64,000 nt of DNA from an uncultured Acidimicrobiaceae bacterium (GTDB lineage: Bacteria > Actinomycetota > Acidimicrobiia > Acidimicrobiales > Bog-793), in NCBI GenBank assembly GCA_963831155.1, contig CAWHOY010000006.1, positions 138,987-202,986 on the forward strand, written 5' to 3'. The notes beneath the pieces were generated by a model, which was given only the letters and a program-made list of their open reading frames with translations, searched no databases and had not been told where the DNA came from. The translations under genes were made by a program, and so were the position numbers. This document shows, in pieces, positions 37,315 to 44,078 of this stretch. Each line of letters starts with the position of its first letter. The first letter of the stretch is position 1.

Positions 37315-38013
37315 GTGGGGTCTGCTGGCGGCATCACCTCGTTGATCTCCTACCCGGCGCTACTCGGTGTCGGTCTTGCGCCGCTGCCAGCGAACGTTAC
37401 GCAAGCTGTCGCTTTCGTCGCGAGTTGGCCTGGATCAGTGTTGGGCTCCCGGCCAGAGTTGCGGGGACAGGGATACTGGCTGCGGCACTGGGGGCTGCTC
37501 ATCGCCGCGGGTGGGGCTAGTGGTGTCGCGCTGCTGCTCGGTGTCCCAGCGAGAGTCTTCGGTCACGTCGTGCCGTTCCTTCTCGTGTTCGCCTCGTGCG
37601 CCCTGCTCCTCCAGCCGAGGCTCAGCGCGTGGCATGAGCGCAACTTCGGTCGTGGTAGTCGCTTGTTGCTGCCCTGTGGGCTGTTCGCGGTCTCGGTGTA
37701 CAGCGGCTACTTCGGAGCTGGTGCGGGGATCATTCTTCTCGCCCTGTTGCTCGTGACTGCTCACCAGGACTTGTCACGGGCCAATGCCCTTAAGAACATG
37801 CTTCTCGGTGTGGCCGACGTCGCCGCCGCGGTCGGCTTTGCCGCTTTCGGACCCGTCGACTGGACAGCTGCGGCACCGTTGGCACTCGGCATGCTCGCCG
37901 GGAGCAGGGTCGGGCCCTCCATCACTCGCCGGGTGTCAGGAAACGTGCTTCGTGTGCTGGTCGCGCTCGCGGGATTCGGGCTGGCAGTCCGACTCTGGAT
38001 CAGCCCCGGCTAG
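37315..38013 (+). CDS. TauE/SafE-family (DUF81) anion exporter, start codon problematic
   Basis: GSAGGITSLISYPALL and a repeated internal GAGAGIILL motif, polytopic. The first canonical start (GTG 37315) lies inside what looks like TM1. Confidence 0.7.
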   Translation: MGSAGGITSLISYPALLGVGLAPLPANVTQAVAFVASWPGSVLGSRPELRGQGYWLRHWGLLIAAGGASGVALLLGVPARVFGHVVPFLLVFASCALLLQPRLSAWHERNFGRGSRLLLPCGLFAVSVYSGYFGAGAGIILLALLLVTAHQDLSRANALKNMLLGVADVAAAVGFAAFGPVDWTAAAPLALGMLAGSRVGPSITRRVSGNVLRVLVALAGFGLAVRLWISPG

Positions 38014-38383
38014 CGATCAAGTCGCAATCCTGACGGGTTCGCGTAAACGGCAGCCGTCCGCTGTGCTCGACTGACCGGAAGCAAAGATGAGACGCACCCG
38101 GTTATCAGTGGCACCTCTTTTCGCAACTTTCGTTGCGCGTAATGAGAACGCTCGCTCGCGCGGTTTGCGGTCATCAGCCGCAGATTGGTGCGGCAGGGCC
38201 GCGTCAGGTGGTCGTCGCGCCTGCCGCGCGCCTCGCCAGGGACCGGCGTCTACCGCTGGATCAGGGCGTGGCGATTGCCCAAGACCCGGGATTACACGCG
38301 CGATCGCGCTCAGTTCGTGCCCACCAAAATGGGGCGTCGAAACTCGACTGCTAGCCGCCCATCAGCCTGAAGGGCAGCAGCCC

Positions 38384-39169
38384 TCACTCAATGATTTCGC
38401 CCGATCGTGCCATCGTGACGGAGAGCACCCCTTCGATCTCTGACAATGCGGACGCGAGACGATGAACGACGGGCGATCCGAGGATTTGTAGAGCGACATC
38501 TACCGTGTCGCCGTGATCATGCGTCGGCGAATGACCAACCGCGCCATTGGAGTCGAGATTCGTTGGCTCTCGTCCGCGCCGTGTTTCGATGGAGGTCACC
38601 GAGAACCCGGAGGCTGTAGTCGACGCAAGGATCGTGCGGAGCAACCCTCGCCCGTCGACATAGCGAACTTGGATTGTCGAAGACGTAAAGCGGGAGAGCC
38701 CGAAATGTCGAGTCAGTCGAGGGTACCCCTGAGCGACGAGGAAGTGCCCTCCGGTCGCAACCGCCGCGAGCACAGGAAGGCCTGCGCCGCAGGCAGCGCC
38801 GACCGCCGCGGTCAGCCAAACGACCGCGGCGGTCGTGAGTCCCTGAACGGCGTCGCGACGCACGAAGATGAGACCGCCACCGATGAAGCCGATGCCCGTC
38901 ACGATCTGTGCGGCGACCCGGGATGGATCGAGGATGACTTTGCCCGTCTCGAGCACGTTCGTGAAGCCGTACTTGCTTATAAGCACGAATAATGCAGCGC
39001 CAACACCGACGAGAGCATGCGTGCGAAGGCCGGCGCTTTTTTGACCGAGTTCGCGCTCCAAGCCGATCAGCGACGAGAGCACGAGAGCGGTCGCGAGATC
39101 GATGACCTGCGCCCATCCCTGCCCGGTGGGTTCGCTAAGCACCAGCGCCATAAGTCCTGGTCCGTGCAA
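38384..39169 (-). CDS. mgtC: MgtC/SapB-family membrane protein
   Basis: [28 protein letters not shown] and [11 protein letters not shown] motifs plus a soluble C-terminal domain. Confidence 0.85.
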   Translation of the reverse strand: MHGPGLMALVLSEPTGQGWAQVIDLATALVLSSLIGLERELGQKSAGLRTHALVGVGAALFVLISKYGFTNVLETGKVILDPSRVAAQIVTGIGFIGGGLIFVRRDAVQGLTTAAVVWLTAAVGAACGAGLPVLAAVATGGHFLVAQGYPRLTRHFGLSRFTSSTIQVRYVDGRGLLRTILASTTASGFSVTSIETRRGREPTNLDSNGAVGHSPTHDHGDTVDVALQILGSPVVHRLASALSEIEGVLSVTMARSGEIIE

Positions 39170-39199
39170 GCTGGCGGCTCGCTCCTTTGGTCGAGAAAG

Positions 39200-39462
39200 A
39201 CGCTCTCAAACACCCGGGGTCAAGGTTAACCAATGATGACTGGAAGGTAAAAAACAGGTAAACGAAGTCAAGTCGCTGGTCGCCACGCTGCCGACAGCAC
39301 CTCCAGCTAAGACGGCAACCAGAATGGCTGAACAAGGCCTGGCCCGATGCGAACCTGCAGGACTACCGAGTTCGCCGTGATACCGGCCGTCATGCCGATG
39401 GCGCCGTCGAGTAGCAACCAGACGAGCGTCAGCCACGAGATCCGCCTCACGCTGCGGACCAA
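39200..39462 (-). pseudogene. possible remnant of a cation-efflux (CDF-like) transporter gene
   Basis: A short frame reads VRRISWLTLVWLLLDGAIGMTAGITANSVVL, like the first TM of ArsR-associated cation transporters. It ends at TAG 39307. Weaker similarity continues in another frame. It is divergent from arsR. Confidence 0.3.
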
Positions 39463-39530
39463 GGTTGCGTGTTCGAAGGGTTTAGCGCAACCTCACTCAT
39501 GCGATTCAGAATATCAATAGCGCCTGCTGT

Positions 39531-39548
39531 CATCAAATATACTTGATG
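39531..39548. promoter_or_regulatory. inverted repeat CATCAA-N6-TTGATG upstream of arsR (candidate operator)
   Basis: Perfect 6-bp arms 5 nt upstream of the arsR ATG. Functional assignment is inference only. Confidence 0.3.
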
Positions 39549-39552
39549 CGTT

Positions 39553-39867
39553 ATGGACCAACCTGATCCGGGTGAGGTCGCGGAGTGCCAGCGCTTGGCG
39601 TCGCTGTGGGCACCGGTGCTTCATGCGCTCGCCAACCCCGAGCGGTTGTTGATCGCCCTCTGGCTCGCCGGCTCGAAGAGCTCGGTGCGCGAGCTGGAAG
39701 CAGTGACCGGGCTCAGCCAATCTCTGGTCTCGTACCACCTTCGTGCACTTCGCGAGGCTGGTCTCGTGACGGTCACAGCCGACGGACGCAGCAATCGCTA
39801 CAGCCTGTCGAACGCCGACCTCGACAAGTTGGCACTCCTCCTCGGGGGCGTCGAAGGCAACTCTTGA
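39553..39867 (+). CDS. ArsR/SmtB-family metalloregulator
   Basis: HALANPERLLIALWL...SVRELEAVTGLSQSLVSYHLRALREAGLV winged-helix signature. Confidence 0.85.
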   Translation: MDQPDPGEVAECQRLASLWAPVLHALANPERLLIALWLAGSKSSVRELEAVTGLSQSLVSYHLRALREAGLVTVTADGRSNRYSLSNADLDKLALLLGGVEGNS

Positions 39868-39939
39868 GGACGAATACACACAGCTCAGACTTGGAGAAGA
39901 GTCACCTGCCACGCGATCTGTGACGCTCTCGTCAAATCT

Positions 39940-41350
39940 TCCACGGGCACGTTTAGACACCCCATGTCCGCAAGGAGTCAAGCGGCAATGCCGTCTCGAT
40001 GGCTCCAGGCGGTCGGTTCGTCGTAGAAGACGCCGTCTTCAAGACAGGTGTGAAGGATTCCCACCCATCGATTCGCCAGCTGCCGGAGCGCCTGTCGATG
40101 GGTCTTGCCGCGACCTCTCAGCTCGTTGTAGTAGCGCCGAGCGCCTTTCGATTTGGTGATTGAACAAAAAGCCCACCGATCGAGCGCATCGCCGAGTCGT
40201 CTATTGCGAGCGAATCGTGCGAGCACGACACGACTGTGCCCGGAGGCTTTGGTCACCGGCGACGTGCCGGCGTAGTTCTTGCGAGACTTCGCATTCGAGA
40301 AACGAGTCCGGTCATCTCCGAACTCGCCGAGCACCCGGGCGCCAAGGACCGTCCCGATTCCTGGCAGGGAGCGGACGATTTTCGCGTCCGGGTGCGTCTC
40401 AAAATGCTGCGACAGCGCGTCTTCGAGCACTGCGATTTCCCGGGTGAAGCTCGCTATTAGACCGAGGGCCGACCGGGTGACGATCCCGTAGGCACGAGCG
40501 ACCGCCGGTGGCGCTTCTAAGTAGTTGGCCCGCAGCGCGGTTTGGATCTCTTCTGCTCTCCGTTCGATGTTGCGGAGTCGACCTCCTCGACGAAGCGCCG
40601 AGGCGATCTTCGACTGGGAGAGTCCCCGCCCGAGCTCGGGGGTCGGAGCGATCTGCAGCACTGCGAGCGCATCGACGTGGGATAGATCGGTCCCAAAGAC
40701 CGCGAGGGCTCCCGGGTAGTACTCGCGAAGGGCGGACCGCAGCGCGTTCACCTGTCGCTGGCGGCCCCAGATCGCGGACTGGTGTGCTCTTGCAAGCAGC
40801 TTGATCTCTTCGACGAGCTCGGAATCACCAGACACCGGCCGGTGGTTGTGGCGGTCGGTTCGCACAAGGTCGGCGAGCACTTTGGCATCGCCCGTGTCGG
40901 ACTTCGCTCCCGAGACAGCGTGCCGATCCCGATAGCGAGATGACGCCATCGGGTTGATCGCGAAGACCTCATAACCGGCACCGAGGAGGGCCGTGACGAT
41001 GAGCCCCCGGTCGATCTCGATGCCAACGATGACCGGTTCTTCGTCGTCAGCGTGTTCGGCGACAAGTTCGTGCAACTCGCCGATCCCCGCCGCGCTGTCA
41101 GGGACCCTGCGTCTCCCGAGCACCTGGCCGTCTTCGGCCATCACGCAGACGTCGTGGTGGTCCTCGGCCCAGTCGACTCCGACAAAGATCACTACTCCTC
41201 CTCTCGACAACCCACACGAGCCAGAGGAGAACAGCGGCGACCTAATGGATCAGTGCTCGAGGCACGACACCCCAACAGCCGTCAGACTCCTCGCCGACTC
41301 GTCGGGGCACGCTCTAAACATAGAGATCGAAGTCTCTGGGACACCGAGTG
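39940..41350 (-). mobile_element. IS110-family insertion sequence (boundaries approximate)
   Basis: Single DEDD/Transposase_20 gene with short non-coding ends. An imperfect direct repeat flanks the coding region: GGCACG(tttag)ACACCCCA at 39945-39963 and GGCACGACACCCCA at 41261-41274. No terminal inverted repeats were seen, as is usual for IS110. Confidence 0.6.
39978..41210 (-). CDS. IS110-family transposase
   Basis: N-terminal VFVGVDWAEDHHDVCV (RuvC-like DEDD) and C-terminal LPGIGTVLGARVLGEFGDD...YAGTSPVTKASG motif. 410 aa. Confidence 0.92.
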   Translation of the reverse strand: MSRGGVVIFVGVDWAEDHHDVCVMAEDGQVLGRRRVPDSAAGIGELHELVAEHADDEEPVIVGIEIDRGLIVTALLGAGYEVFAINPMASSRYRDRHAVSGAKSDTGDAKVLADLVRTDRHNHRPVSGDSELVEEIKLLARAHQSAIWGRQRQVNALRSALREYYPGALAVFGTDLSHVDALAVLQIAPTPELGRGLSQSKIASALRRGGRLRNIERRAEEIQTALRANYLEAPPAVARAYGIVTRSALGLIASFTREIAVLEDALSQHFETHPDAKIVRSLPGIGTVLGARVLGEFGDDRTRFSNAKSRKNYAGTSPVTKASGHSRVVLARFARNRRLGDALDRWAFCSITKSKGARRYYNELRGRGKTHRQALRQLANRWVGILHTCLEDGVFYDEPTAWSHRDGIAA

Positions 41351-41361
41351 CTCACCGACGA

Positions 41362-41766
41362 GTGGCTCGGAGAACAGCCTGCTGCTCAGCAACCGGCTAC
41401 TCCAGTCCCATTAGGAACCTCGGCTGGCCCGAGACCCCCGACAGCGACGAGCACCACCGGACCTTCCAGTGCACGAACGGCGTCGTGGTCGCGCTTTACG
41501 GCGCCAACAACTACGAGCCGCACTTCGGCCCGCCGACGACGGGCTTCCGTGGCATCACCATCTCGGTCAACCTCGAGTCCTTCGAAGAGTGCCAAGCCGT
41601 CTATGAGACTTTGCGCGGCGTCCCCGACGTCGAGCTGCTTGAGGAGCCCACCGAGGCCTTCTGGGGCGGGGGGTTCAGCTGGCGGGACCCGGAAGGGAAC
41701 ATCTGGGACGTCGCCTGGGCGAAGGGCACGAGCTTCGACGAGCGCGGCGGGTTGCGCTTCCCCTGA
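41362..41766 (+). CDS. VOC (glyoxalase/bleomycin-resistance) family protein, probably 5'-truncated
   Basis: C-terminal FWGGGFSWRDPEGNIWDVAWAKG signature. Homology starts near LGWPE. No convincing first beta-strand or start codon (GTG 41362 is only a guess). It abuts the IS110 end. Confidence 0.55.
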   Translation: MARRTACCSATGYSSPIRNLGWPETPDSDEHHRTFQCTNGVVVALYGANNYEPHFGPPTTGFRGITISVNLESFEECQAVYETLRGVPDVELLEEPTEAFWGGGFSWRDPEGNIWDVAWAKGTSFDERGGLRFP

Positions 41767-41938
41767 GCGATACCGCCCTCCTCCCGCGATCCTTCACCTT
41801 CTCCTTCCCATCCCCGGGGGCGCCGGTCCACCAGTCGCCGACCCCATGCACATGTCTGCTACGCAGCGCGCGGACCCGGCGTTTGAGGGCACCTTCCGCC
41901 CGCGCATTATGGGTCAGGCACGTGGTGCGCCCTATTCG

Positions 41939-42514
41939 TTATGGGCCTCCAAACGCGTCGCCGCAGACTTTCTGCGCGGCCTGGAACTGGGGCGAACGCG
42001 GATCCACCCCAGCAAGCTGGATCCCGAACTGGCGGCTATTCGAGATGATCTTCGGATCGGGGAAATTCGGCAGACCGTGGGTGCGCATGCAATGCGCCCA
42101 CTCCAACAACTTGGTCGTTTCGGCGGCGATCTGGGCGGCAGTCGGCAGCCCGCCGTTGTCCGGCAGGAGGTGCTTGCAGTTGTTGTTCGCCGATGTGAAC
42201 TGGGGTGAGTTCGAGTCGGCCTTCGGGTTGAAGCTGATGTTGCCGCCGCTGCGCACCGGGTCGGGGAAGTTCGGCACCCCGTGGGTGCGCATGCACTCGG
42301 CATACGACAGCACGTATTCGTACTGCTCGTTGGCGCCCGCGAAAGGCGACGGGTTTGCCGTGCCGAGTGCGACGGTGGATGTGGTCGTCGATCCGATGCT
42401 CGCGACTCCCGGCGCGGCCGAGCCATTTCCGCAGGCGGCAAAGAGGGTCGCCACGGCGGCAAGCGCCAGTCCGACCCCGGCAGTTCTCATCTTCCTTGTT
42501 TGAGCGGCTCGCAT
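41939..42514 (-). CDS. lipoprotein with two tandem Cys-containing repeats
   Basis: Signal peptide with lipobox LFAAC. Two ~50-aa repeats each contain CMRTHG(V/L)PNFPDP ... SPQF ... C. The start is ATG 42514 (or 42490). Confidence 0.7.
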   Translation of the reverse strand: MRAAQTRKMRTAGVGLALAAVATLFAACGNGSAAPGVASIGSTTTSTVALGTANPSPFAGANEQYEYVLSYAECMRTHGVPNFPDPVRSGGNISFNPKADSNSPQFTSANNNCKHLLPDNGGLPTAAQIAAETTKLLEWAHCMRTHGLPNFPDPKIISNSRQFGIQLAGVDPRSPQFQAAQKVCGDAFGGP

Positions 42515-42589
42515 CACTCTCGGTTCTGGAACCTTCGCTTCATCGTTCCTCGCTGACGTTGTACCCCGTACGAGACTGCGATGGGGAGA

Positions 42590-42955
42590 GCTAGCGGGGC
42601 TGAAGCGTGTGATCGTGACCGAGCTATGACCGATGCGCTGGGCAACCGCTGCGCGGGCACCGTCGTCGAGATCGGAGACCGGGGCGTCGTCACGATCGCG
42701 CTCGACCTCACCACCCTCATCCATGGCAAGGAGCCGGCGTCAGCGGAGCGGTAACGCGGTTGAGCGGGAGACGAACCGGAACTCGCTGCGAGCAGACGCG
42801 TCGATCTTTTGCACCGGGAGTTGACGGTCGTTGAGCAACTCACCGAGTTGAAACTGCCTCCTCGAACAAGGTTACCGGGCGACCGGATTCGGGATCGGCG
42901 GCCCGAAGACCTTTTCCATCGAGCGGTACTTCGACGCGGGGGAAAGACGTTCGCC
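42590..42955 (-). pseudogene. tyrosine-recombinase (integrase) remnant, catalytic-domain part only
   Basis: Hand translation gives one frame reading VEVPLDGKGLRAADPESGRPVTLFEEAV. After a frame change it reads RSEFRFVSRSTALPL, then an in-frame TGA (42740), then ...GGEVERDRDDAPVSDLDDGARAAVAQRIGHSSVTITRF. This matches the spacing of the HxLRH...LGHSS...T...Y box with the catalytic residues replaced. The N-terminal half is absent. Confidence 0.4.
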
Positions 42956-42956
42956 G

Positions 42957-42987
42957 TCGGCCACAAATCGGCCACATTTCGGCCACA
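42957..42987. repeat. three direct TCGGCCACA copies at exact 11-bp phasing (candidate arm-type sites, P side)
   Basis: TCGGCCACAaaTCGGCCACAttTCGGCCACA ends 118 nt before the attR repeat. Same orientation as the pair at 33576-33595. Confidence 0.6.
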
Positions 42988-43104
42988 TTCGAACGGCAAA
43001 TCGAGGTTTGCCAACGGTCGGTCCCGGACAGTAATTTAGGTTACCTGACCAGCATTTATGAGTCCTACTGGTCGGTCGCGGTCAATGGCGGAAAATGCCC
43101 CGAT

Positions 43105-43151
43105 CCGGCCTCCGGAGCCGGGCGCGTGGGTTCGAATCCCGCCGAGGGCAC
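43105..43151. repeat. attR-like 47-bp direct repeat (partial tRNA-Arg 3' end, not a gene)
   Basis: Identical to 33458..33504. The preceding 26 nt are unrelated to the tRNA 5' half. Confidence 0.9.
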
Positions 43152-43176
43152 GCGAGGCGTCGCCGCCGCGGATCGA

Positions 43177-43740
43177 TCATGAGCGGTCGGCGATCGGAAC
43201 GCGGGCGAGTTCGTCTTCGGCCAACCCGAGGAGGTCGCTCGCGCCAGCGTCCGAGGACACCGACACCGCGAGGTATCCCTGGTCGACGACGACGTACGTC
43301 ACGTGACCCCTCCGAAAGCTGATCGCCCAGTCCCCGACGTCGTGGACGCGATGCAACTTCACCCCTTTCGGATTTCGTAACGACATCGGAGGGAACAGCT
43401 CGTAGTTCACGACCACCGAGCTACGCGGAGATCGGGCGAGGTCGCCGTAGCTGCACGTGACCGTCGGACTCGTACTTTGATCGAACGACCGCTCCCTCGT
43501 CGCCGCCGTTGTCGGCACGGGGACGTAGAAGTCGAGCTCACTCACGGGTGGACACAACATCGACGCGGACGGAAGCCGTGCGTCGATCGGAAACGATTGG
43601 GAAGATGGCGGGGCGGCGGCGCCGCAGCCTGCAACCGCGAGCGCGAGCGCAACGAGTCCGATTCCAGCGGCGCATCGCGCACGGTGCTGCACCATTCGCC
43701 CTGCGGCTCCGTTGCTTCGGCGGACTCGCGGTCGGGTCAT
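43177..43740 (-). CDS. lipoprotein, unknown function
   Basis: Arg-rich n-region, hydrophobic core and lipobox LAVAGC. The start is ATG 43740 (or 43695). The longer ORF-track N-terminus was rejected. Confidence 0.55.
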   Translation of the reverse strand: MTRPRVRRSNGAAGRMVQHRARCAAGIGLVALALAVAGCGAAAPPSSQSFPIDARLPSASMLCPPVSELDFYVPVPTTAATRERSFDQSTSPTVTCSYGDLARSPRSSVVVNYELFPPMSLRNPKGVKLHRVHDVGDWAISFRRGHVTYVVVDQGYLAVSVSSDAGASDLLGLAEDELARVPIADRS

Positions 43741-43836
43741 GCGAATTCGAGAGACCGCATCGAGGAAGCATACGAAGTGAGCGCATCTGCTCCCAGAACG
43801 ACGGCGCCCGGCCGCGCGTCGGTCCGCGCGGCGGCG

Positions 43837-43852
43837 TTGACAAAAACTTGAT
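43837..43852. promoter_or_regulatory. direct repeat TTGAC-N6-TTGAT upstream of the kdp operon (candidate KdpE/OmpR-type box or -35 region)
   Basis: Two TTGA(C/T) half-sites 11 bp apart, about 60 nt upstream of the first kdp ORF. Purely positional inference. Confidence 0.25.
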
Positions 43853-43908
43853 GCGCCGAGCTCGAGCTTTGACGACTTCTTCACGACATTCGCAGCACAC
43901 TCCCAGTC

Positions 43909-43992
43909 ATGGCTGACTTCCTCGCCGTGATCGGAATCGTCGTGTTCACTGCGGCGTTCCTCGGTTACATCTGGCTGTTGGAGCGAGTATGA
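43909..43992 (+). CDS. 27-aa hydrophobic peptide, KdpF-like, upstream of kdpF
   Basis: MADFLAVIGIVVFTAAFLGYIWLLERV. Its stop overlaps the kdpF start (ATGA). It is too short for the ORF track and was found by hand translation. Confidence 0.5.
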   Translation: MADFLAVIGIVVFTAAFLGYIWLLERV

Positions 43993-44078
43993 CCTCGATC
44001 CAGGCCCTGCTGCTCGCCGTTTCGGTAGTCGTGTTCATCTACCTCGGCGTCGCCATGTTCAAGCCCGAGTGGTTTTAG
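43989..44078 (+). CDS. kdpF: K+-transporting ATPase subunit F
   Basis: 29 aa, MTSIQALLLAVSVVVFIYLGVAMFKPEWF. It matches the KdpF pattern (TM helix, YL..A...PE.F). Its stop is immediately followed by the kdpA GTG. Confidence 0.75.
   Translation: MTSIQALLLAVSVVVFIYLGVAMFKPEWF

Larger units (their letters stand above)
33458..43151. mobile_element. integrated, apparently decaying genomic island at tRNA-Arg
   Basis: The element is bounded by the perfect 47-bp tRNA-derived direct repeat. It has phased arm-like repeats inside both ends, an integrase remnant next to the distal repeat and an IS110 insertion. It also carries gene fragments and visibly AT-richer patches than the flanking backbone. Confidence 0.75.

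Noticed and set aside
38014-38383. ORFs in the TauE-MgtC spacer (38087..38443, 38133..38354, 38185..38370)
   Set aside because: They overlap one another in three frames, are Arg/Ala-rich and have no motifs. The spacer may hold decayed gene remnants but nothing callable.
40993-41361. 5' part of ORF 40993..41766
   Set aside because: A chimeric reading frame that runs antisense through the IS110 transposase 5' end and leader. Only the last ~125 codons show VOC homology.
33576-42987. TCGGCCACA repeats as a CRISPR array or mini-array
   Set aside because: The units are 9 bp with 2-nt spacers, and there are only 2 and 3 copies. No cas genes are present. Their phasing and position fit protein-binding arm sites instead.
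42514-43014. 166-aa ORF 42514..43014(-)
   Set aside because: Arg/Ser-rich with no motif. It lies over the integrase remnant and arm repeats in a third frame, so it is most likely spurious.
43105-43151. Possible second tRNA-Arg gene
   Set aside because: Only the 3' 46 nt of the tRNA are present, and the preceding sequence cannot form the acceptor or D arms. It was interpreted as attR instead.
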